Source of the DNA: Egibacteraceae bacterium
Lineage (GTDB): Bacteria > Actinomycetota > Nitriliruptoria > Euzebyales > Egibacteraceae
Assembly (NCBI GenBank): GCA_050743205.1
Contig: JBOGEA010000001.1
Location: forward strand, 1 to 55,860
Reading direction: 5' to 3'
DNA length: 55,860 bases
The notes beneath the pieces were generated by a model. The model ran no database searches, had not been told where the DNA came from, and saw only the letters and a program-made list of their open reading frames with translations. Made by a program: the position numbers and the translations under genes. This document shows positions 33,633 to 41,124 of the stretch, one piece after another; within the stretch, counting starts at the first letter, position 1; each line of letters starts with the position of its first letter.

Positions 33633-34826
33633 GTGATGATGCGATCGGGGGTTGTGGCCGTCGGGCTGGCGGTCGTCGTCGCGTGCATCGCGCTCGTCGA
33701 CCTGCCGGTTCGGGACTCGCTGGCGATCACCGCGTTCGCGGGCCTCGCCGCGCTCGTGACCGGGGGGGTCGGCGGCGGTGTGCTGCACCTGCTGCGGCGG
33801 CGGTCGTTCTTCGCTCAGGTCAGCGTCGTCGCGCTGACCTCGACGGTCGCGGTCGCGGCGGGGACGCTGGCGGTGGGCTACGCGATGTTCATCAGCGCCC
33901 ACGACCTCAACGCGCTCGCGGTGGTCGTGGTCGTTGCCGGGTTCGTGGGCGTGCTCGCCGCGTTCACGCTCGCCTTTCGGGTGGATCAGGCCAGCCGGTC
34001 GCTGGGCGAGGCCGCCCGCCGGATCGGCGACCCTGCGGCGCCGCGCAGCGCGCCCCCGTCGATCCTGGAGTTCCGGCGCTTGGCCGCCGAGTTGGAGGAG
34101 ACCGGCGCGCGCCTGGAGGAGGCGCGCGTCCGTGAGTTGGCGACCGAGGCCGCCCGCCGCGAGTTGGTCGCGTGGGTGTCCCATGACCTGCGCACGCCGC
34201 TGTCGGGCATCCGCGCGGTGACCGAGGCGCTGGAGGACGGCCTTGTCGACGATCCTGAGACGGTGCGTCGCTATCTCGTGACCCTGCGTGTCGAGGCGGA
34301 CCGGCTGACGGGGCTGGTCAACGACCTGTTCGAGCTGTCGCGGATCCACGCGGGAGCGCTGCGCCTGACCATGGAGCCAGTCAGCTTGGGCGACCTCATC
34401 TCCGACGCGCTCGCCGCGGCGGGGCCGGTGGCCGAGGCGAAGGGCGTGACGGTGGAGGGGCGCATGGACGGCGTGGTCGAGCTGGAGGCCTCGCCTCCCG
34501 AGCTGGCCCGGGTGCTGCGCAACCTGCTCGACAACGCCATCCGCCAGACGCCCCCGGGCGGTGAGGTCAGCGTGGAGGCGAGCGGCGGCGGCGGCCGGGC
34601 CTTCTTCGCGGTGTCCGACTCGTGTGGGGGCATCCCCGACGACGACCTGTCCCGCGTGTTCGAGGCCGGGTTCCGGGGTGAGGCCGCCCGCACGCCGACC
34701 GCCGCCGACGGCGGCGCCGGCCTGGGCCTGGCGATCGCCCGCGGCCTGGTCGAGGCGCACCGCGGCGAGCTGTCGGTCGCCAACACCGCCACAGGCTGCC
34801 GTTTCGTCGTCACCCTGCCGGCCTGA
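33633..34826 (+). CDS. Sensor histidine kinase (2 TM, HAMP-like, HisKA, HATPase_c)
   Basis: ELVAWVSHDLRTPLSGI (H-box), LRNLLDNAIRQT (N-box), GGAGLGLAIARGLVEAHRG (G-box). Confidence 0.9.
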   Translation: MMMRSGVVAVGLAVVVACIALVDLPVRDSLAITAFAGLAALVTGGVGGGVLHLLRRRSFFAQVSVVALTSTVAVAAGTLAVGYAMFISAHDLNALAVVVVVAGFVGVLAAFTLAFRVDQASRSLGEAARRIGDPAAPRSAPPSILEFRRLAAELEETGARLEEARVRELATEAARRELVAWVSHDLRTPLSGIRAVTEALEDGLVDDPETVRRYLVTLRVEADRLTGLVNDLFELSRIHAGALRLTMEPVSLGDLISDALAAAGPVAEAKGVTVEGRMDGVVELEASPPELARVLRNLLDNAIRQTPPGGEVSVEASGGGGRAFFAVSDSCGGIPDDDLSRVFEAGFRGEAARTPTAADGGAGLGLAIARGLVEAHRGELSVANTATGCRFVVTLPA

Positions 34827-34889
34827 CTTCCCCGCGCCGGCGGTGTTCGGTCCGACCGTCCGTCCCGCGAGGGAGAGGGCTTCCTCGTC

Positions 34890-35020
34890 ATGGGTGACAA
34901 CACCCCGATCGGGGAGCGGATCGCCCAGTCCCGCAAGCGGCTCAACCTGACTCAGCAGGTCCTGCCAGGCCAGGTGGACCGCTCGGTGTCGTGGCTGACG
35001 AAGGTCGAGCCTGCGGGACG
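34890..35020 (+). pseudogene. 5' fragment of an XRE-family regulator gene
   Basis: MGDNTPIGERIAQSRKRLNLTQQVL.GQVDRSVSWLTKVE is an HTH_XRE N-terminus. The frame then degenerates and meets a hairpin repeat. Confidence 0.5.
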
Positions 35021-35077
35021 CGCGAGCCAATTCTGGTGGGTTCGGGTTGCACGCGTCGCGGGCCACGTCGGGGAAGG

Positions 35078-35123
35078 TTTTGTGCTGGATCGCGGCGGAA
35101 TACCGCCGCGATCCAGCACAAAA
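35078..35123. repeat. Palindromic hairpin (21-bp arms TTTTGTGCTGGATCGCGGCGG / CCGCCGCGATCCAGCACAAAA, AATA loop)
   Basis: Perfect inverted arms read directly. The core differs from the GGAAAC family but the architecture is the same. Confidence 0.75.
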
Positions 35124-35470
35124 CTGCCGTCAACCGGCGCGCCATCGCCCCTCCCGTCCATGGCTCGTCGGGCCGGGGCGAAGCCCCGCTAGTCGGTGCC
35201 AGCCAGTGTGCCGTGGCGAACCAGGGACACCCCGGCGTATGGGCACGCCGCTGCCGGTGATGCGGAGCACGCGCATGGTGAAGGGAAACGCTCGCGGCAT
35301 CGGCGCGCCAGGCCGAGATCCGTCACGAGCAGCACCACGAAACTCGCCGACGACATGTCTTGACAGCCAACTGGCTTCCCAGAGCCTGCACGCATGCGGA
35401 TCCCGATGGCCGTCAGCAGACGCCTGACCAGCGCGTATGCGCTCGTGCGGAGCGGGGCAGACGGCCCGGA

Positions 35471-35519
35471 GGTGACTGAAAATCACGAGGTCGGCGGTTC
35501 GACCCCGCCCTTGGCCACC
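35471..35519 (+). other. tRNA-Phe(GAA) 3'-half fragment (anticodon arm to acceptor 3' strand): att-like remnant
   Basis: GTGA-CTGAAAA-TCAC, GAGGTC, GGCGG-TTCGACC-CCGCC, CTTGGCC-A-CC. No matching 5' acceptor strand (GGCCAAG) or canonical D-arm position lies upstream. Confidence 0.6.
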
Positions 35520-35699
35520 CATAAAGCCGAGCTGGAAGCCACGATTGAGGACTCGTGCGGCATCCTGTCCCCACGCTGCGACCGCAGGGCGAGACGGCGG
35601 TGCCGCTCGCCCTAGCGGAGCCTCCGGACGCCCAGGGTGCGGTCGCGGGAGAGCACCGTGGCGGGCGTTCTTGGCGCGCTACCGAACGTTTGGGCTGGA

Positions 35700-36548
35700 T
35701 CATGCGCGGCCAAGCGCCAGGCGGCGGTTGTCGATCAGGCGGGTCGTGCCCACGAATGCGGCGACGACCGCCTGGGCTGGGCGCTCCACGACGCCTCTCA
35801 GTGGCTGCAGGGTCTCGGGGTCGACGATGTCCGCGTAGTCGAGGCGGACACCGGGCGCGGCCTCGATTCTGCGTCGCAGCAGGTCACGAGTCCGGTCGGC
35901 GTCGCCGTTCCAGGTCGCGGCCGCCTCGCGCAGCGCGACGGACAGGACCAGCGCCTGGGTCCGCTGCCGCGCGGCGAGGTAGGCGTTGCGGCTGGACAGC
36001 GCGAGGCCGTCGGGGTTGCGCGCCGTCGGGCAGCCGACGATCCGCACGGGCAGGTCGAGGTCGCGGACCATCGTCTTGATCACCACGAGCTGCTGGAAGT
36101 CCTTCTCGCCGAAGTAGGCGAGGTCGGGCTGGACGACGCCCAGCAGCTTGGCCACGATGGTCGTGACGCCGTCGAAGTGGGTCGGTCGGCTGGCGCCCTC
36201 CAAGCCGGTGGTGAGGTCACGCACGGTCACGGTCGTGCGGCGGGTGGGCGGGGTGAACTGTGACGGCTCCGGTGCGAACACGAGGTCGACGCCCAGGGGG
36301 GTGAGCAGGTCCAGGTCACGCTGGAGGTCACGCGGGTAGGCGTCGAGGTCCTCCGTCGGGGCGAACTGGAGCGGGTTGACGAAGATGCTCACGACGACCG
36401 CGTCGCAGTCGGCCTCAGCGCGCCGGACCAGGGAGAGGTGGCCCTCGTGCAGCGCGCCCATCGTCGGGACCAGCCCGATGCGGCGGCCGGCGAGGCGGTG
36501 CGGTCGGAGCGCGGCGCGGGTGTCGGGGGCGGTGGTTGTCAGGTCCAT
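35700..36548 (-). CDS. panC: Pantoate--beta-alanine ligase
   Basis: [18 protein letters not shown]...VVSIFVNPLQF...HFDGVTTIVAKLL are canonical PanC motifs. Confidence 0.9.
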   Translation of the reverse strand: MDLTTTAPDTRAALRPHRLAGRRIGLVPTMGALHEGHLSLVRRAEADCDAVVVSIFVNPLQFAPTEDLDAYPRDLQRDLDLLTPLGVDLVFAPEPSQFTPPTRRTTVTVRDLTTGLEGASRPTHFDGVTTIVAKLLGVVQPDLAYFGEKDFQQLVVIKTMVRDLDLPVRIVGCPTARNPDGLALSSRNAYLAARQRTQALVLSVALREAAATWNGDADRTRDLLRRRIEAAPGVRLDYADIVDPETLQPLRGVVERPAQAVVAAFVGTTRLIDNRRLALGRA

Positions 36549-37402
36549 GGCTCCAGCGCCTTGGCGACCGCCTCGACCGCCTCGTCGGCCAGGCCGGCGC
36601 GCCGGGCGTAGCGCAGGGCGAGGCTGCCCAGCGCCACGTACGCGTCGACGGCCTCGGGCATGACCGCCCGCAGCTCCCGCAGATGCCTGGCCACTGTCCC
36701 CGCGTCACCCCTGCGGACGGGGCCGGTCAGGGCCCCGGCGCCGCGCTCGGCGGCATTGCGGGCCGAGGCGGTGGCGAGCGGGCCGAGGAACGCGCTGGGG
36801 TCGGGGATGCCGGCCCCCAGCAGGAGGTCGCGCGCCAGTGTCACCACCGTCGCCGTCGCGTTCGATCCCACCACCAGGCCGGCGTGGTACAGCGTGCGCG
36901 CGTGGGCGGGCACGGTGACGGGGTTTCCCCGCAGGTCGGCGACGAGCCCGCACGCCCAGACGAGGTCCTCGTCGCGGTCGGCGGTCACCGCCCACGACGC
37001 GCCCGGCAGCCGCTCCAGGCCCCGATCCGGGTCCGGGAACGTCATCGCCGGGTGGCAGGCCGCCACCCGCGCGCCGGCCAGCCCGGCCGGCCGCAGCGTC
37101 TCGGTGCCGTACCCGCCGCTCGTGTGCACCCACCGGCTGGAGGAGGCAACGCCGTCGGCCTTGGCGACCTCCCGGACCGCGGCTGCCAGGGTGTCGTCGG
37201 GCACGCAGACCAGGACCAGCTCCGCGTCCACGGCCACTCTGGCAAGCGGGCGGACCTCGACGCCCGGCAACCGCGCGGCGAACGCCGCCAGCGCGGCCTG
37301 CCCGCGTCCGGCTACCGCGACGATCTGGTAGGCCGGCCGCGGCAGCCCCATCGCCAGCGCCGTCCCCACCCGGCCAGGACCGATGACCGCCACCCGGGTC
37401 AT
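36539..37402 (-). CDS. Rossmann-like / DUF2520 domain protein (ketopantoate-reductase-like)
   Basis: MTRVAVIGPGRVGTALA dinucleotide fold and C-terminal GPVRRGD. It overlaps the panC start by 10 nt. Confidence 0.8.
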   Translation of the reverse strand: MTRVAVIGPGRVGTALAMGLPRPAYQIVAVAGRGQAALAAFAARLPGVEVRPLARVAVDAELVLVCVPDDTLAAAVREVAKADGVASSSRWVHTSGGYGTETLRPAGLAGARVAACHPAMTFPDPDRGLERLPGASWAVTADRDEDLVWACGLVADLRGNPVTVPAHARTLYHAGLVVGSNATATVVTLARDLLLGAGIPDPSAFLGPLATASARNAAERGAGALTGPVRRGDAGTVARHLRELRAVMPEAVDAYVALGSLALRYARRAGLADEAVEAVAKALEPWT

Positions 37403-37755
37403 GCCCGCGGCCCTCTTCCGCGCCGTTGTGCGGGGGCGGTGGTCACCGGGGGCTCCGCGGGTCGCCCGCGATGTGACGCGCGGGGGCACGCACCTGCGTC
37501 CGTGACCGGGGTCCCGTTCCGCCGTTGTGCGGGGGCGGTGGTCACCGGGGGCTCCGCGGGTCGCCCGCGATGTGACGCGCGGGGGCGCGCACCTGCGTCC
37601 GTGACCGGGGTCCCGTTCCGCCGTTGTGCGGGGGCGGCGGTCACCGGGGGCTCCGCGGGTCGCCCGCGATGTGACGCGCGGGGGCGCGCACCTGCGTCCG
37701 TGACCGGGGTCCCGTTCCGCCGTCGTGCGGGGGCGGTGGTCACCGGGGGCTTCAC
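37399..37755 (-). CDS. Repeat-encoded 118-codon coupling ORF (GTGA overlap with the folK stop, ATGA overlap with the downstream start)
   Basis: GTG 37755-37753 overlaps TGA 37754-37752. TGA 37401-37399 overlaps ATG 37402-37400. The frame is open throughout the array. Whether it is translated is unknown. Confidence 0.3.
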   Translation of the reverse strand: MKPPVTTAPARRRNGTPVTDAGARPRASHRGRPAEPPVTAAPAQRRNGTPVTDAGARPRASHRGRPAEPPVTTAPAQRRNGTPVTDAGACPRASHRGRPAEPPVTTAPAQRRGRGPRA

Positions 37756-37799
37756 GGGTAGCCCGCGCTGTGACGCGCGGGGGCACGCACCTGCGTCCC
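37417..37799. repeat. Tandem repeat, 99-bp unit x about 3.9
   Basis: The anchor GTTGTG/GTCGTG occurs at 37425, 37524, 37623 and 37722. Units are nearly identical, and the folK-proximal unit is the most diverged. Confidence 0.95.
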
Positions 37800-38330
37800 G
37801 ATCGCGGTGATGCCGTCGATCGGCGCGAGCCGGGCGAGCATGGTGGCGAGCGAGGTGCCGTCGGGCAGCGTGGCGCCCGGCGCGACCTCGACCAGCGGCA
37901 CCAGGGCAAACGCCCGCTCCGCCAGGCGTGGATGCGGGATCTGCAGCGAGCGGGTCGCCACGACCCGGCCATGCCACAGCAGGATGTCGACGTCGATGGT
38001 CCGCGGCCCCCACCGCACCGCTTCGGTCGGGGACTCCTCGGATCCCTGGCGCACCCGCCCCAGTCGCTGCTCGACCTCGTGGCACAGCCGCAGAAGCCGC
38101 CGGGGCGACCGCCGCGTCCGTACCCTGACGGCGATGTTCAGGAACGGCCCCTGCGCTGGGCCGCCGACCGGCTCGGTCTCATACACCGTGGAGACCTGGT
38201 CCACACACGCTTTTGGGTCGGCATCGAGCAGATCGACGGCTCGCTGGAGGAAGTCGAGCCGGTCCCCAACGTTGCTGCCCAACCCGAGAAACGCGATCTC
38301 GTCGCGCAGCGGGGGCAGGACCGCGCTCAC
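37752..38330 (-). CDS. folK: 2-amino-4-hydroxy-6-hydroxymethyldihydropteridine diphosphokinase
   Basis: AFLGLGSNVGDR...VSTVYETEPVG...GPRTIDVDILL...IPHPRLAERAF are canonical HPPK motifs. Confidence 0.9.
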   Translation of the reverse strand: MSAVLPPLRDEIAFLGLGSNVGDRLDFLQRAVDLLDADPKACVDQVSTVYETEPVGGPAQGPFLNIAVRVRTRRSPRRLLRLCHEVEQRLGRVRQGSEESPTEAVRWGPRTIDVDILLWHGRVVATRSLQIPHPRLAERAFALVPLVEVAPGATLPDGTSLATMLARLAPIDGITAIGTQVRAPARHSAGYP

Positions 38331-38689
38331 ACGCCGTCCCCGCGGCGGACGACCACGGCCACCTCGTCCAGGTCCACGCTCACCGGCGCATCGGGTTTCG
38401 CCACCCGGACCTCGACGGTCCGCACCCGCCCGTCCTCAAGCGCCACGTCGGCCAGGTGTCCGGCGAGCGCCTCGATCAGATCGAAACGCGTCCTGCCCAC
38501 AGCCTCCGCCAGCCGTTGGGCGAGCAGGCCGTAGTCGATGGTGTCTTTGAGCGCGTCGCTGGCCGCCGCGCCGGACAGATCCACGTCCAGCGCCACGTCC
38601 ACGACGAATAGCTGCCCCTCCCGCCGTTCCCGCTCCAACACCCCATGCCGCCCGAACACGCGCAGCCCCCTGATCTCGATCCTGTCCAC
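38327..38689 (-). CDS. folB: Dihydroneopterin aldolase
   Basis: MDRIEIRGLRVFGRHGVLERERREGQLFVVDVAL...TIDYG. There is a 4-nt overlap with folK. Confidence 0.9.
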   Translation of the reverse strand: MDRIEIRGLRVFGRHGVLERERREGQLFVVDVALDVDLSGAAASDALKDTIDYGLLAQRLAEAVGRTRFDLIEALAGHLADVALEDGRVRTVEVRVAKPDAPVSVDLDEVAVVVRRGDGV

Positions 38690-38730
38690 AGTTGACGAGG
38701 ATACGCGGGCCCTCCCGAACAGAGCGCCGC

Positions 38731-38826
38731 CGCGTCAGCTACGGGTTTCCGTCAGATCCGACGGAAACCTGTGGTCGAGCCGCCGCCTCGCCGCGTTAGC
38801 TGCGGGTTTCCGTCAGATCCGATCTA
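38731..38826. repeat. Composite REP-like element (hairpin 38741-38773 + spacer + half-site), inverted copy of 103-195
   Basis: Its reverse complement aligns with 103-195, and the last about 45 nt are almost identical (TTTCCGTCGGATCTGACGGAAA.CCGTAGCTGACGC). Confidence 0.8.
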
Positions 38827-39129
38827 CCCCTATTAGCTGCAGTCGAGCCGCCGACCGGCGACACCGCACCGATTGTCGCACCGAGTCCGGGGATCAGAGG
38901 CCGGGCGGGTCGTCGCGTGGCGAGTACTGGAGGGCCTATGCCCAGGACATCGAGCTGCTTGTCGAGGCGGTCAACAGCGCGAGCCCGACCTCGTGCCGCC
39001 AGGTGGATCAAGCCGCACGAACCGCCAGGTCACGCGCCTGCTCGGACGGGATGCTGTGTTCTCCCGCCGTGGAATTGACGTTAGGCTTTTCCCACGGTGC
39101 CTGGAGCGTGAGGCAGGAGCGGGAGACTC

Positions 39130-40914
39130 ATGGCAGATCGCGCCAAGACTGCTGGCCGTGGAGCCGGCTTGGTCGCTGAGGAGCCCACGGACCGGCTCAA
39201 GGGACGTGGGTTGGCCGCTGGCGGGCTGCTGCGGAGGGTGATCAGGGGGCAGTGGCGCCGTGTTGCGGTGGCCTTGGTGTTCGCGATGCTGCATCAGGCG
39301 GCGGAGGCGGGGGTGCCGGTGATGGTCGGGGTGGTGATCGGCCGGGCTGTGGCCACCGGCGACCTGGGGTCTTTGGTGTGGGGGATCATCGGTCTGACCG
39401 TGCTGTTCGCCGGGCTGTCGGGGTCGTGGCTGATGGCGGCCCGCATGTACTTCTGGGGGCTGCTGGGCGCGGCCCACGATGTGCGGATGGCGGTGACGCG
39501 GCGGGTTCTGGATCCGGGTGGCGGTGCCGGCGCCGCGCTGCCCGGCGCGCTGCTGAGCACGGCGACCGCCGACGCCAGGCGGGTCGCTGAGGTCCACCAG
39601 GCCGCTGTGTTCGGCGCCGCCGCGGTGGCTGCGCTGGGGGTGGCGGCGGGGGCGCTGCTGAGCGTCTCGGTGGTGTTGGGCCTGGTGGTGTTGGCGAGCG
39701 TGCCGCTGGTGCTGGCGGCGGTCCAGTTGGCGGCCAAGGGGTTGGAGCGGCGCAGCGCCGCGGAGCAGGCAGCCGCCGCACAGGCTGCGGCGGTGGCGAC
39801 GGATCTCGTGACGGGGCTGCGGGTGCTCAAAGGCCTGGGCGCGGAGGAGGCGGCCGCGGCGCGGTACCGGCAGGCCAGCCGGTCCTCGCTGGCGAGCACG
39901 TTGCGCGCGGTCGGAATGCAGGCCGGTTTGGGCGGGTTCACGGTCGCGCTGACCGGTGTGGTCTTGGCGGTCGTGGCCTGGGTCGGGGGACGGCTGGCGG
40001 TGCAGGGGTCGATCAGCGTGGCGGGGCTGGTGGCGGCGGTGGGGTTGACGCAGTTCCTGGTCGGGCCGTTCTCCTTTTTGTCGTCGTTGGCGGGCGACCT
40101 GGCCCGGGCGCGGGCGTCGGCTGGACGGGTGGCCGAGCTGCTGTCCACGCCCCCGGCGGTGACCGACGGCGGGACGGCGCTGGCGCGGCCGGTGCGGGGT
40201 GCGCTGGCGCTGCGCGGCGTCGCCCACGCGGGGCTGCGGTCGCTTGACCTGCGGGTCGAACCGGGTGAGCTGGTCGGCGTGGTGGCGCCCGACCCCGCCG
40301 ACGCCGCCGCGCTGCTGGCCTGCCTGGGCCGAACGGTGGATCCGCGGGCGGGTGTCGTCGAGGTCGACGGCGTACCGCTGGCTGCGCTGAATCTCGACGA
40401 CGTGTTGGCGGCGGTGCTGGTCGCCGCGCACGACGCGCGGTTGTTCGACGGCACGCTGGCCGGCAATGTGGCCGCTGGCGGAGCCGCTGACGGCGCTCGT
40501 GTCGACGCCGCGATGGCCGCGGCGGCCGCCGACGAGGTCGCCAGCAGCCTGCCCGACGGCGCCGGCACGGTCCTGACCGAGCTGGGTCGGTCCCTGTCTG
40601 GGGGACAGCGCCAGCGTGTGGCGCTCGCGCGGGCCCTGACGGTGGATCCGCCGGTGCTCGTGTTGCACGATCCCACCACCGCGGTCGACGCCGCCACCGA
40701 GCATCGCATCGCCGCTGGGTTGCGCGCCGCGCGGGCGGGGCGCGCCACGCTGGTCGTGACCACCAGCCCTGGCCTGCTGGCCGCGGCCGACCGGGTCGTG
40801 CTGCTCAACGGCGGCGAGGTCGCCGCTGAGGGCACCCACGCCGCCCTGCTGCGCGCCGACGGGCGCTACCGGGCGGCGGTGCTGGGTGTGCCCGACAGTG
40901 GGGAGCGGCGGTGA
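39130..40914 (+). CDS. ABC exporter, fused permease/ATPase (subunit 1)
   Basis: Six-TM N-terminal half. The C-terminal NBD carries [15 protein letters not shown] and Walker B VLVLHDPT. Confidence 0.9.
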   Translation: MADRAKTAGRGAGLVAEEPTDRLKGRGLAAGGLLRRVIRGQWRRVAVALVFAMLHQAAEAGVPVMVGVVIGRAVATGDLGSLVWGIIGLTVLFAGLSGSWLMAARMYFWGLLGAAHDVRMAVTRRVLDPGGGAGAALPGALLSTATADARRVAEVHQAAVFGAAAVAALGVAAGALLSVSVVLGLVVLASVPLVLAAVQLAAKGLERRSAAEQAAAAQAAAVATDLVTGLRVLKGLGAEEAAAARYRQASRSSLASTLRAVGMQAGLGGFTVALTGVVLAVVAWVGGRLAVQGSISVAGLVAAVGLTQFLVGPFSFLSSLAGDLARARASAGRVAELLSTPPAVTDGGTALARPVRGALALRGVAHAGLRSLDLRVEPGELVGVVAPDPADAAALLACLGRTVDPRAGVVEVDGVPLAALNLDDVLAAVLVAAHDARLFDGTLAGNVAAGGAADGARVDAAMAAAAADEVASSLPDGAGTVLTELGRSLSGGQRQRVALARALTVDPPVLVLHDPTTAVDAATEHRIAAGLRAARAGRATLVVTTSPGLLAAADRVVLLNGGEVAAEGTHAALLRADGRYRAAVLGVPDSGERR

Positions 40915-41124
40915 GCGGTGATCGGGCTCTGCTGCCGACCGCGTCCCCGCGCCAGACCCGCCGGGCTGTTCGAGCGCTGCTGCGCCCACCCGGGCGGGGG
41001 CCGCTGGGCGAGCCTGACAGTGGGGAGCGGCGGTGAGCGGTGATCGGGCTCTGCTGCCGACCGCGTCCCCGCGCCAGACCCGCCGGGCTGTTCGAGCGCT
41101 GCTGCGCCCGCGGTGGGGGCCGCT
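40881..41124 (+). repeat. Tandem duplication, 122-bp period, of the ABC1-stop/ABC2-start junction (two diverged copies)
   Basis: The GTGAGCGGTGATCGGGCTCTGCTGCCGACC... block starts at both 40911 and 41033. The copies differ by a few substitutions and a 3-nt indel. Confidence 0.9.

Noticed and set aside
35408-35521. Possible complete tRNA, with a GCTC...GAGC D-stem-like pair at 35441-35455
   Set aside because: The span would be about 113 nt. There is no 5' acceptor strand complementary to CTTGGCC, and about 18 extra nt separate the D-like stem from the anticodon stem. Only the 3' half is tRNA-like.
37417-37799. CRISPR array
   Set aside because: The 99-bp units are contiguous and near-identical with no unique spacers, and there are no cas genes. 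It is a plain tandem repeat.
103-38826. Inverted about 95-bp units as terminal repeats of a 38.7-kb composite transposon
   Set aside because: The interval contains core genes (rsmI, pmt, panC, folK, folB). Related hairpins also occur at internal positions. No transposase or target duplication is associated with the ends.
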